The position numbers and the translations under genes are program-made. Below the pieces are notes generated by a model. That model saw only the letters and a program-made list of their open reading frames with translations, was not told where the DNA came from and did not search any database. DNA of 64,000 nucleotides from contig CAWBVY010000009.1 of NCBI GenBank assembly GCA_963792415.1, forward strand, positions 32,001-96,000. Reading direction: 5' to 3'. The DNA comes from Candidatus Deferrimicrobiaceae bacterium (GTDB lineage: Bacteria > Desulfobacterota > Deferrimicrobia > Deferrimicrobiales > Deferrimicrobiaceae). Shown in pieces: positions 31,657-41,430 of the stretch (positions are counted from its first letter, which is position 1; each line of letters begins with the position of its first letter).

Positions 31657-31792
31657 TCCTCGACTCCTTTCTTTGGGGGAAAAGCCGAAAACGAGCACTT
31701 CTTCAACCGGCACCAGGGTCAGGGGGATCGCTGCATATTTCCCACTCCCTGCAACCACCCCCTGCACGGAACAGACCGTCGCCTGCTCCGTC

Positions 31793-32155
31793 TTATTCGC
31801 TCAACCATTCCTGCGCCGCTGCCAGTTCGCTGTTGCTGAAAATCCTGACATGTCCGGGCATGACGAAACCGAACGTCTTCATTGCCGTGCGGATCCACCC
31901 CACATCGGTGACCACGGCAACCCGTTCCCAGGCAGCGAGATGCTGCAAACCCACCTTGGCATCGTCCCACATGGCTTTCGCGTCGAACCCCGCGAACTCG
32001 CTTCCGAGGTGATAAAGGAAGCGGATCCGCTTTCGCCGTGCAAGCATCTCATCGACGGCAGGAATGAGCACCGACTCGTAGTCGGCCCCGGTCACCTCTC
32101 CTTTTGCTTCAAAGCCGAGGACGTTGTCCGGCAATCCCTTCATCCGTTCCAGCAT
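31793..32155 (-). CDS. SpoIIAA-like STAS/SEC14 protein
   Basis: A.GEVTGADY...AMWDDAK.G...WERVAVVTD.GW. Confidence 0.88.
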   Translation of the reverse strand: MLERMKGLPDNVLGFEAKGEVTGADYESVLIPAVDEMLARRKRIRFLYHLGSEFAGFDAKAMWDDAKVGLQHLAAWERVAVVTDVGWIRTAMKTFGFVMPGHVRIFSNSELAAAQEWLSE

Positions 32156-32371
32156 GGTGCCCCCCTCTCGGCATCCGCACCGCCTCCGGCGCCAATCTGT
32201 CTGCCAACGTCATTATACAAAAGAGACCGCGAATGACGAATCGGCCAAGGTCGTGACCTGTACGACGCGAATGCCGGAGAGGTCTCCAGGAGGCGCGTCG
32301 GGCGGCAACGGATCAGGAAAGGGATCACCGCGCTGAAAGAGGACGCCTGTGGCTGCGTCCCCATGGTGGAT

Positions 32372-32400
32372 TTTACTTGCGTGAACCGGCGCAGTATAAT
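32372..32400 (+). promoter_or_regulatory. Sigma70-like promoter
   Basis: TTTACT-N17-TATAAT in otherwise GC-rich DNA. Confidence 0.45.
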
Positions 32401-32854
32401 TTTCATTAGGCACCCGATCCCACACGGACTCAGGCAGGCCCATGCCAGCCCGGGGGGGGGTGAGGAGGGGCGGTTGGGAGGGGCATTCTTACCTTTCCAA
32501 TCCGGGGATTCTTCTTTTCCTCAATCCACCCTTATCCGCAGGTCACCCACCCACGTTTTCCTGGTTCCTCCTTCGTTCCGCATTCCAAAGGAGTTCCATC
32601 CCGGCCTGACGGAACTGCACCAAAACGCATAATCCCCACCCTTCATTTCCGACGGCATGGGGGGGGGCCGGGCCAGGGGGGCGTATGGGGTGCTTCCCGT
32701 TTTGGCGGATGGATGGGCGTCAATGGAACGATCGGCATCTCTTGGAGGCCGATCCGGGAGCCCGACCATCGAGGTTCGTCAGACGTTGGGGCAGGCGGAA
32801 TACGGTAACCCCGCGGGGCAATCCCAAAGGGATTGCAGGAAGGAGGAGCGGGAA

Positions 32855-33334
32855 ATGTACCAGCACATCCTTTTGATGACGAACGGGTGCGCGGACTGCG
32901 ATATCAATCCATGCGTCGGCATCCTCCTCGCCAAATCCCTCGAGGCCAGGGTGACGGGGGTTTACGTGACGGAAAACCTCTCCGCGAAGGAAATCCTGGA
33001 TATCTACAATCCCGCCCCTTTGAAGTGGGCCGGGGAGGGCAATAGAAAGAAAGAAGCCATGGCGGACGCGGAGAAGCGGCGAAAGGTCATTGCGAGCAAA
33101 TCCCTTGAAAAGACAGAGAAATCGTGTGCCGACCTGGGGGTCCCGTTTGAAGGCGTGTGCCTGACGGAGGAATCTCCCGTGGACGGCGTCCTGAAAGTGG
33201 TGGCCGACAAGCGGTGCGACCTCATCGTCACATCGACCCATCCGCACGGGCTGAAGGACCTCCTGTTCGACGCCATCGATGCAAAGAAACTCGGGAAGTC
33301 GAAGATCCCGGTCCTGTGCCACCATTGCGGGTGA
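32855..33334 (+). CDS. Universal stress protein-like, copy 2
   Basis: Paralog of 25861-26340, same length, near-identical C-terminus DAKKLGKSKIPVL. Confidence 0.8.
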   Translation: MYQHILLMTNGCADCDINPCVGILLAKSLEARVTGVYVTENLSAKEILDIYNPAPLKWAGEGNRKKEAMADAEKRRKVIASKSLEKTEKSCADLGVPFEGVCLTEESPVDGVLKVVADKRCDLIVTSTHPHGLKDLLFDAIDAKKLGKSKIPVLCHHCG

Positions 33335-33468
33335 CCGAATTGCCTGGAACCGTGCGCGCGGAGGAGCGGGAGGCGCCGCAGACCGCTCCTCCCGGAAAAT
33401 CCGCGCAAGCTGCAGCTTCCCTCGTCCCGGGCTTGACAGTTTGAAAGGCGGTTGAAAGAATCGCCGTC

Positions 33469-34663
33469 ATGATCCCGCAGCGTGCCCGTGCCACGCTCGC
33501 CGCAAGCTGCTTCATCCACTTCCTGCACGACGGATGCTCCGATCTCCTGTACGTTCTCTTCCCCGTGTGGGCGCGCGAGTTCTCCCTCTCCTTCGCGCAG
33601 GTAGGCCTGCTGCGCACCGGATACTCGGGCGCCCTCGCCCTTTTCCAGATCCCGGCGGGGTACCTGGCGGACCGCTGGGGCGAGCCGCGCATCCTGGGCG
33701 CCGGAACGTTCCTGACGGCCGTCGGTTTTTTCTGCGTTGGGACCGCGGGGGGTTTCGTCCCGCTCCTCGTGTTTCTGATGATCGGCGGCCTGGGCTCCGC
33801 CACCCAGCATCCGCTATCGTCCTCGCTGGTCTCCCGCGCCTATGAGGCGGGGCGCCGCCGCGTGGCCATCGGGACGTACAACTTCTCGGGGGATCTGGGC
33901 AAGGTGACCTGGCCGGCCTGCGTGGCCTTTGTCACCGCGTGGGCGGGTTGGCGCTGGGCTGCACAGGGCATCGGGCTGGTCGTCCTGGCCAGCGCGGTCG
34001 GCATCTTCTTCCTCCTGGCGTCGCTGGTGGGCACTCCCGCGGGTCCTCGGGCAACTTCGACCGCCGGCCGCGCAGGCAACGGGTGGGGAATCCGGAACGC
34101 GCGGGGCTTCTCGCTGCTCTCCACGATCCACGCCATCGACAACGGGTCACGAACCGTCTTTCTCACCTTGCTGCCGTTCCTCCTGCTCGGCAAGGGCATG
34201 AGGATGGATCTGATGTGGCTGGCGTTGGGGGTGACCTTTGCAGGCGGGGCCACGGGGAAGTTCGTCTGCGGGCACCTGGCCGAGCGGTGGGGCATCATCC
34301 GGACGGTCCTCGTCACCGAGACCGCCACGGGACTCGGCATTCTGCTGCTCCTGCGCCCTCCCCGTGACACCTGCGCTGTTCCTCCTGCCCATCCTGGGCA
34401 TCGCACTCAACGGAACCTCGTCCGTGCTGTACGGCTCGGTCGCCGAGCTGGTGGCGGCGGAGCGCCGCTCGCGCGCCTACGGCCTGTTCTACACCATCGG
34501 CATCGGCACGGGCGCGCTGGCGCCGCCGCTCTTCGGTCTCCTCTCCGACGCGGCCGGCGTCCCGGCGACGTTGGCGGTCCTGGCGGCGGTGATCCTCGCC
34601 ACGCTCCCCCTCGCCCACCTCCTCCGACCGGCCGTCGAGGGAAAATCCGCCCGCGTTTCGTAG
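33469..34663 (+). CDS. MFS transporter, Fsr-like (one frameshift near 34355)
   Basis: HFLHD, GYLADRWG, QHPL, YNFSGDLGK; tail in ORF 34238-34663. Confidence 0.88.
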
Positions 34664-34735
34664 CGCTCGCACATTCTCGCCGGTTTCATCTCCCTGATTG
34701 CTGCGATTGTTGGCGGCGCATGGGATCCAAGGCGT

Positions 34736-35089
34736 CTACCATTGCAGACACGCGCAGGCCTGGAGTTCGGGCGGAAACCCCACGGAACAGGAAATCATCG
34801 GCTTCCACCCGGTGAAGGTCCGGTAGATCAGCAAGAGGATGAGAAGGATGAGGAGGAGGAGGACGATTCCCCGCATCCAGTACCGGGAGGATACGTCCCG
34901 TTGCGAATGCGTTTCAACGTCTGCCGCGGGCCCCATCCTCGCGGGGCCTTCCCCCTCGACGATGGAAGCGCCCGAGGATTGCGACAGGACGACGATTCCC
35001 GCCATGGCGTCGTGCGATACGGACCCCGTCATCATCAGGATGGAAGAGAGAAGGAGGGCGGTCGGCAGAAACCAGAATTTCCGTGTCAT
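34736..35089 (-). CDS. Hypothetical membrane protein
   Basis: Signal-like N-terminus and poly-Leu transmembrane segment. Confidence 0.5.
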   Translation of the reverse strand: MTRKFWFLPTALLLSSILMMTGSVSHDAMAGIVVLSQSSGASIVEGEGPARMGPAADVETHSQRDVSSRYWMRGIVLLLLILLILLLIYRTFTGWKPMISCSVGFPPELQACACLQW

Positions 35090-35192
35090 CCGCCCTCCCG
35101 CGGACGGGAAACAACCGGGGGGCACATCGCCGAATCAACGCATCGGCGATTCCATGCCCCCCGGCGTGCCCGATTCCCCCGTACTTGAGGCG

Positions 35193-35390
35193 TTACGCAG
35201 GCGGGCTTCCCGCCTTCATCCCCTTCCGGACCATGTCCTTGAACTCCGGAGTGATCTGGTACTTGTGCACCGTTTTCGCGTGCTGGATCACGGCCTCCAT
35301 CAGTTCCTCTTCGGTATCCGCCGAAACCGCCACGCTGCACTTCACCTCGCCGGGGTAGTCCCGGCAATCCAGGTATTTCCGTGCCATCAT
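35193..35390 (-). CDS. DUF1059 small metal-binding protein
   Basis: LDCRDYP...C...A.TEEEL......HA..VH; AGGAGG RBS. Confidence 0.85.
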   Translation of the reverse strand: MMARKYLDCRDYPGEVKCSVAVSADTEEELMEAVIQHAKTVHKYQITPEFKDMVRKGMKAGSPPA

Positions 35391-35494
35391 CGCACCTCCT
35401 TTTGGCAAGGGGGTTGTCTTACGAGGTTGCCGTCCGTATCGTATTCATGCGATGGCCTGCGCCCCGCGAACGATTCCCGATGGAAGGATTTCGT

Positions 35495-36271
35495 ATGGAC
35501 GACCTGATCCGCTCCCATCGCCGATGGCTCAAGGACTCGATCCGCAAGACCGTCGACTGGAGCGCCACGGGCCAATCGCGCGGCCTCCCGCCGCCACCGG
35601 TTCAGAAACCGATCCCCCCGGACGCGCGGACGGTCGCTCTCCCGGGGCCGGACCGGTTCGACTCGGTCTGCACCTCCGGCCTCCTCAGGGTCCTCCAAAA
35701 ACGCCGAAGCGTCCGCCGATTCGCCCAGGATCCTCTCTCCCTCAAAGAACTCGCATTTCTCCTCTGGGCCACCCAGGGGATCACGGGGCGCAGCGGCGAC
35801 GAGGCGACCTTCCGCCCGGTTCCATCCGCCGGCGCGCGGCACGCGTTCGAGACCTACCTCTACTGCCGGAGGGTCGATACGCTCGAGGAGGGGATCTACC
35901 GCTACCTGCCGGTGGAGCACCGCCTCCTCTTCGAGTTTACGGAACCCGGGCTGGCCGCCCGCATCTCCGAGGCCTGTCTCGGGCAACGGTTCGTCGGGCA
36001 GGGGGCCGTCACGTTCTTCTGGAGCGTCCTCCCGTACCGGATGGAGTGGCGGTACGGACCGGCCGCACACCGCGTCCTCCCGATGGACGCCGGCCACGTC
36101 TGCCAGAACCTGTACCTTTCCGCGGAAGCGATCGGGGCGGGGACGTGCGCGGTCGCGGCGTACGATCAGGAGGCCCTCGATGCCCTTCTCCACCTCGACG
36201 GGGAGGAGGAGTTCGTCCTCTACCTGGCGCCGGTCGGAAAGCACGCGACCTCCGGGAAAGGGGCCGGGTAG
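35495..36271 (+). CDS. SagB/ThcOx-family nitroreductase
   Basis: RRSVRRF, LLWATQG, RPVPSAGARH.FETY, DAGHVCQNLYL. Confidence 0.9.
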   Translation: MDDLIRSHRRWLKDSIRKTVDWSATGQSRGLPPPPVQKPIPPDARTVALPGPDRFDSVCTSGLLRVLQKRRSVRRFAQDPLSLKELAFLLWATQGITGRSGDEATFRPVPSAGARHAFETYLYCRRVDTLEEGIYRYLPVEHRLLFEFTEPGLAARISEACLGQRFVGQGAVTFFWSVLPYRMEWRYGPAAHRVLPMDAGHVCQNLYLSAEAIGAGTCAVAAYDQEALDALLHLDGEEEFVLYLAPVGKHATSGKGAG

Positions 36272-36328
36272 GATCGACCCGGCCCGTTCGTACCGCAAGC
36301 CCGGGAACCCCCTCCCCTTTTTCCATCG
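36270..36328 (+). repeat. Direct repeat B, right copy
   Basis: Diverged copy of 30708-30765 starting at the nitroreductase stop codon. Confidence 0.85.
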
Positions 36329-36458
36329 TCGAACACCCATCCCGGCGCAGCCACCGGGCGCGCCTTCTCCCGCAGGGTATCGGATTCCCTGCGGGATGGG
36401 AATGTGACACTTTTCCCGAATCCCGGGGGAATCCTCCGAATCTAATCGTCACACCCTG

Positions 36459-36498
36459 ACATGGATGGCGGCGACGCAACATGGATGGCCGCGACGCA
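36459..36498 (+). repeat. 20-bp tandem duplication
   Basis: ACATGGATGGCGGCGACGCA then ACATGGATGGCCGCGACGCA. Confidence 0.9.
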
Positions 36499-36523
36499 AT
36501 CTGGGACGGGAGGTTGGAACCCC

Positions 36524-36988
36524 ATGAAAAAAATCATCTTTCTCATCTTTGTGACAGGCGTGGCTTTATTGTGGATGGGATCCGGATTCGACGTGCCGGC
36601 TGCGAACCCTCCGCGGGCCGGTTCGGAGATGATGACCATCGACAGCCTGGCCGGAGTCGCCGAAAACCCGATCCCCGGGAGCATCCGGGAAGTGACCGCC
36701 TACAACGTGGGGGTGCGGGGGCAGACCAGCGACGACCCGTGCATCGGGGCCACGGGGAAAAACCTCTGCCGCCTCGTCGCGCGGGGGCTCAAGGTCTGCG
36801 CCGCGAACTTCGTCGACCCGGAGACCATCCTGCACATCGAAGGGTACGGCGAGTGCATCGTCCTCGACCGCATGAACCGGCGGTTCGCCCATCGGGTCGA
36901 TATCGCGATGGGAAGGGCCGAGATCGACAGGGCCCTCGAGTTCGGTATCCAGCGGCGGCACGTAAAAGTGAAACCCGTGCGTCCCTGA
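36524..36988 (+). CDS. 3D-domain protein
   Basis: VTAYN...QT.DDPCIGA, V.DRM, RVDIAM, A.EFG. Confidence 0.85.
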   Translation: MKKIIFLIFVTGVALLWMGSGFDVPAANPPRAGSEMMTIDSLAGVAENPIPGSIREVTAYNVGVRGQTSDDPCIGATGKNLCRLVARGLKVCAANFVDPETILHIEGYGECIVLDRMNRRFAHRVDIAMGRAEIDRALEFGIQRRHVKVKPVRP

Positions 36989-37026
36989 AAACCGGACGGG
37001 CCCGCAGTTCCTCCTTTCCTCGAATC

Positions 37027-37374
37027 TCAGTCTTGGTCTTGACCTCCTGCCGTGCGGAAAGACGGGTCGGAGATCGCTTCTCCCTTGCAGACCGGACATC
37101 GGGACGGCGCCTTGAGCCGGTCCCGTTTCCTGAACACGAACCCGCACCCCCGGCACTCGGCAGGGACCTGTTCCAGACGCCGCCCCTCGGAGTGAAGACT
37201 TTTCCGAAGGTGCTCCAGGTGAATCTCGACCTCCTTTTCCGGCCTGTGGACGGCGGAGGAGATCTCCCTGGCCGTGTGCGGCCCCTTCTCCAGGAGGGTG
37301 CGGATTTGACGCCTCGTGGTTTCCGTTTCCTCCAGCTTTCGGACTACCGAAGCGGCATTCATCCGCTTTTTCAC
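37027..37374 (-). CDS. HTH plus Zn-ribbon putative regulator
   Basis: TRRQI..LL, HLEHLRKS, ECRGCGFVF, PSRCPVCK. Confidence 0.85.
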   Translation of the reverse strand: MKKRMNAASVVRKLEETETTRRQIRTLLEKGPHTAREISSAVHRPEKEVEIHLEHLRKSLHSEGRRLEQVPAECRGCGFVFRKRDRLKAPSRCPVCKGEAISDPSFRTAGGQDQD

Positions 37375-37392
37375 CCTCCGTCCGAAATCGCC

Positions 37393-38496
37393 TTACTTCC
37401 CGGGGGAATCTCGGAACGTCCAGTAGGTATTGAAAAAATAGTTCACGAACGTCGCCGGGACGATGCCGATCGCCTGATGATATTGCGGGGCGACCTTCGG
37501 GAAAAGGATGCTCAGAAGGACGAAGACGAGGTAACTGATCCCCAACGCGACAAACGAAACGACGTTGAACTTCAATCCCTTGATATGGAGCTTGTCCGCG
37601 ACGTTCCTTTCGGAAAACGTCCATACGTTGTTGAACAGGAAATTGGTGATGATGGAGATCTCTATGGCGATCGGGGAGGCAATATACTTGTTCATCCCGT
37701 AATGCATCAATAGCGAAAATACCCCCAGATTGACGAATACCCCCGTGAGGCCCACAACGCAGAATCTGATGAAAATCCTGCTGTTCTCAAGCCGTATCCA
37801 CCACGCGTCGACATGAACTCCAGGATGTCGGATACGCCGATTTTGGACTCCCCCCGTTTCCTGTCGACGAACTCGACGGGGATCTCCCGGACAAGGGCCT
37901 TCCGCAGTACGGCCTGGTTCAGAAGGGCGATCTGGAAGGCGTATCCACGGACATGCAGCCCCGCCAGGTCGATTTTTTCCAGCAGCGAAGCCCGGATGGT
38001 CCTGAACCCGGCCGTGCAGTCCCGGATCCGATACATCCCCGCGACGTACCGCGCGAATATGTTTCCGCCCCTGGAGATGGCCTTCCTCATCAACCCCCAG
38101 TCTTTCGGGATGGATCCGCCTTCGACGTATCGGCTCCCGATGACGAAATCGGCGCCCCCGGACAGCGCGGATACCATGCGGGGGACATCCTCGGGTTTGT
38201 GGGAAAAGTCCGCGTCCATCTCCATCACGCCGTCGGCGCCCATCACCTCCATGGCGTGTTTCATCCCCCGCATGTAGGCGGAACCCAGCCCCTCCTTGTT
38301 TCCCGTGATGAGAAAAACGTTCCGGCAAGCCCCCATCTTTTCCTTCACGACGGACGCCGTGCCGTCCGGGAGTGTCGTCCACCACGAGAATCGCCATCTC
38401 GTGATGGATCCGCCGGAATTCCTCCTGCAGGCGATCGATCAGCAATCCGATGTTGGGCTTCTCGTTGTACGTCGGGATGATCATCACGATCCGCAT
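37393..38496 (-). CDS. Polyprenol-phosphate mannosyltransferase (GT2) fused to GtrA (frameshifted)
   Basis: IIPTYNE, MDADFSH, FVIGSRY, DCTAGFR, GYAFQ, GESK; GtrA part RFCVVG...NFLFNNVWTF. Confidence 0.88.
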   Translation of the reverse strand: MRIVMIIPTYNEKPNIGLLIDRLQEEFRRIHHEMAILVVDDTPGRHGVRREGKDGGLPERFSHHGKQGGAGFRLHAGDETRHGGDGRRRRDGDGRGLFPQTRGCPPHGIRAVRGRRFRHREPIRRRRIHPERLGVDEEGHLQGRKHIRAVRRGDVSDPGLHGRVQDHPGFAAGKNRPGGAACPWIRLPDRPSEPGRTAEGPCPGDPRRVRRQETGGVQNRRIRHPGVHVDAWWIRLENSRIFIRFCVVGLTGVFVNLGVFSLLMHYGMNKYIASPIAIEISIITNFLFNNVWTFSERNVADKLHIKGLKFNVVSFVALGISYLVFVLLSILFPKVAPQYHQAIGIVPATFVNYFFNTYWTFRDSPGK

Positions 38497-38601
38497 CTGC
38501 CCGATCCCCTGAATATTTATCCGCAACGGCCACTTGTGGCGGATGGTACTGTGCCATTATGCAGGAAGGATAACAAGGAAAGCGGGGAATCCTTCGGACC
38601 G

Positions 38602-40188
38602 ATGAACCGACCCCTTCCGGACGCTCCGGCACCCTCCCCCGCCGTTTCGGTTTGGGAAAGCATCACGGGCTGCCTGTCGTTCGATCGTCTGCCGGACCGG
38701 CCGGAGCCGGATCCGCCTTCCACGAAAGCGTTCTGGTGGCTTCTCGCCGTCTTCTTCCTGATCCGGCTGTTCTATATCCGCCTGCTTCCGATCGTCCCGC
38801 AGGAAGCGTACTACTGGAGCTACGCCAAGCACCTGGCGCTCTCGTATTTCGATCACCCCCCGATGACGGCCTGGACGATCGCGCTGTTCACCGCGATCGG
38901 CGGCGACACGCCGTTCTTCGTCCGGATCGGCACGGTGATCTACACGACGGCAACCCTGGCCGTCCTGTTCGCCGCGACGCGGGTGCTGTTCGGGTCCGCC
39001 CGGCTCGCGCTGGCCGTCGGGGTATTGAGCATGTGCACGGTGTTCATCCCGCTGAGCGCCACGGTGGCCACGCCCGATCCCCCGCTCCAGTTCTTCTGGA
39101 GCCTCCTCCTGCTGGCCATGGCCAAACTCCTCCGCACGGGACAGGCGAGGTGGTGGTATCTCGCGGGCGCGGCCTTCGGGCTGGGGATGCTGAGCAAGTA
39201 TTCGGCGGTGCTGGCCGTCCCGGGGATCTTCGTCTGGATCGCGTGGGACCGCGACCGCCGGCGCTGGCTTCTCACGCCGCATCCATACGTCGCGTTGGCG
39301 ATCGGGCTGGTCCTTTTCCTCCCGGTGATCCTCTGGAACGCCCGGCACGAATGGGCATCGTTCGCCTTTCAGTCTTCCCGGCGCTTCGGCGAGATGGGCG
39401 CGTTCCGCCCGCGGTATTTCTTCGAGCTTCTCGGATCGCAGGCCGGACTCCTGACGCCTTACATCCTGCTGGTCGTGCTGGCCGGGTGGGGGTGGGCGGG
39501 TGCCCATTGGTGGCGCACGCGGGACGCACGGTTCGGGCTGCTGTTCTGGCTGGCGGCCCCGGTGTATGCGGTCTTCACGGCGACCAGTTTCCGGAGCCTG
39601 GTGAAAATGAACTGGATGGCGCCGGCGTACCTGTCCTCCCTGATCGCGGCGGGGGCGTGGCTGACGCACTCGACGGGCCCCGTCTCCGCGCGGTTCCGCA
39701 AATGGGCACGGCCCGGGCTGGCGCTGGCCCTGGTTCTCCTGCTGACGGTGCACATCCTCCCGCTGGCGCGGGCCGTCCCGCTGGGCCGCGCCGATACGTG
39801 GAGCGGCTGGCCCGAACTGACCCGGAAAGTCCTCGAGACGAAGGCGGAGATGGGACCCGGGGCGTTCGTCTTCAGCGATGAATACAAGATCTCGAGCGAG
39901 ATCTCCTTCCATTCCCCGCGCCACGGGGACACCTGCATGTCGGAGATCCTCGGCGGAAGCGGATTGCAGTACCGCTTCTGGACGAAGCCCGACGCGCTGG
40001 TCGGCCGGAACGCGGTGTTTGCGACCGACAACAGGAACGTCACCGGGACGACGGTACGCCTCAAATCGTATTTCTCCGACGTGCGGCCCGAGCCCCCGCT
40101 CGAGATCGTATACGGCGGGAGGACCTTCCGGACATTTTACCTGTACCGCTGTTACGGGTACCTCGGGGCGGGAAAACCTTCCCGCTAG
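38602..40188 (+). CDS. ArnT/PMT-like GT-C glycosyltransferase
   Basis: EAYYW....LALSYFDHPPM, TPDPP, LSKY, multiple transmembrane segments. Confidence 0.9.
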   Translation: MNRPLPDAPAPSPAVSVWESITGCLSFDRLPDRPEPDPPSTKAFWWLLAVFFLIRLFYIRLLPIVPQEAYYWSYAKHLALSYFDHPPMTAWTIALFTAIGGDTPFFVRIGTVIYTTATLAVLFAATRVLFGSARLALAVGVLSMCTVFIPLSATVATPDPPLQFFWSLLLLAMAKLLRTGQARWWYLAGAAFGLGMLSKYSAVLAVPGIFVWIAWDRDRRRWLLTPHPYVALAIGLVLFLPVILWNARHEWASFAFQSSRRFGEMGAFRPRYFFELLGSQAGLLTPYILLVVLAGWGWAGAHWWRTRDARFGLLFWLAAPVYAVFTATSFRSLVKMNWMAPAYLSSLIAAGAWLTHSTGPVSARFRKWARPGLALALVLLLTVHILPLARAVPLGRADTWSGWPELTRKVLETKAEMGPGAFVFSDEYKISSEISFHSPRHGDTCMSEILGGSGLQYRFWTKPDALVGRNAVFATDNRNVTGTTVRLKSYFSDVRPEPPLEIVYGGRTFRTFYLYRCYGYLGAGKPSR

Positions 40189-40279
40189 GGGAAATTCGCG
40201 GTCGACCCGCACCCGGGCCCTCCCCGCCTTCTGATGCCATTCGGCGGCGGGTATAATGGAGACACAGTGGGGGTGGGAT

Positions 40280-40708
40280 ATGGTCCAACTGCTCAAGCCG
40301 CTCCGTCAGTCCGCTCGCGTGTCCGCAGGCCTGCTCCTGCTCAGGCTCGTGGCGGGGGCGGCGTTCCTGCACCACGGCTACGGGAAGATCCAGGACCCGT
40401 TCGGCTGGATGGGTCCGGACGCCGCCATTCCCGGCATCTTCCAGGCGCTGGCGGCCGTCTCCGAGTTCGGGGGCGGGCTCGCCTGGATGCTGGGCCTGCT
40501 GACGCCTTTGGCTTCGTGCGGCCTGGCCTGCACGATGACGGTGGCGGTCTGGATGCACGCCGGCGTGCTCCACGACCCGTTTGTGGCCCTGCAAGGCGGC
40601 CGCTCCTACGAATTGGCCAGCGTCTACCTCTGCGTCGCCGTCCTGCTCCTGCTCGCCGGGCCGGGGCGCTTCTCCGCGGACCGCGTCGCATTCGGCGAGA
40701 AGGCCTGA
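40280..40708 (+). CDS. DoxX family protein
   Basis: LLLRL..G..F.HHG..K, EFGGGL, GPGRFS.D. Confidence 0.9.
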   Translation: MVQLLKPLRQSARVSAGLLLLRLVAGAAFLHHGYGKIQDPFGWMGPDAAIPGIFQALAAVSEFGGGLAWMLGLLTPLASCGLACTMTVAVWMHAGVLHDPFVALQGGRSYELASVYLCVAVLLLLAGPGRFSADRVAFGEKA

Positions 40709-40781
40709 CCGGTGATTTTCCTCAGGAGACGCTACCGGCTTTTGTTGACACCTTTTTTGGTCCGATGGTAGCATCCACCGC

Positions 40782-41315
40782 ATGAAAAAATGGGCTTTCC
40801 GGCTTCCCCTGGCCGCCGCTCTCCTGCTGCTGGCGGTTTCCCTTCCGCAACGGGGGTTCGCCGACGCAGGGGTGGCGGCGGGGGCATCCTTCGGGCAGGG
40901 GCGCGCGTCCCTATCAGTTTTCGGCGGGAGCGGATCCTCCTTCAGCCAGTCCTATTTCGTCCTGGGGGTGGGCGCGAATTATTACGTCATCCGGGGCCTG
41001 GGGCTCGGCTTGAATTTCGAGTCCTGGCTCGGCAACACCCCCGGCATCTACAAGCTCACGCCGAATGTCCAGTACGTCTTCACCCTGATTCCCTCGGTGC
41101 AGCCGTACGTGGGGGTGTTCTACCGGCGCGTGTTCATCGATGACCTTTCCGACCTCAATTCGGTGGGTACGCGCGCGGGGGCATACCTGCCGATCGGATC
41201 CAACACGCACGTCGGGCTGGGGGGGGTCTACGAGAAGTACCTCGACTGCAATGAGAGCTCCTACCATTCCTGCGACGATATCTACCCGGAGATCAGCTTC
41301 ACCGTCAGCTTCTGA
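40782..41315 (+). CDS. Small outer-membrane beta-barrel protein
   Basis: Signal peptide, alternating aromatic strands, C-terminal SF. Confidence 0.7.
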   Translation: MKKWAFRLPLAAALLLLAVSLPQRGFADAGVAAGASFGQGRASLSVFGGSGSSFSQSYFVLGVGANYYVIRGLGLGLNFESWLGNTPGIYKLTPNVQYVFTLIPSVQPYVGVFYRRVFIDDLSDLNSVGTRAGAYLPIGSNTHVGLGGVYEKYLDCNESSYHSCDDIYPEISFTVSF

Positions 41316-41430
41316 CCCCGAATTCCTCTTGTCCTGCCCCCCTCGAACCGGTCCGGGGTGTGTCAATGATGCTTTTCATACCGATTCGAGGGGACCAGGA
41401 GAGGTTCGCCGGAAATGCAGGGAGGGCCGC

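Noticed and set aside
35495-36271. SagB-like gene as a sign of a RiPP cluster
   Set aside because: No YcaO, precursor peptide or dedicated transporter nearby; stand-alone members of this family are common.
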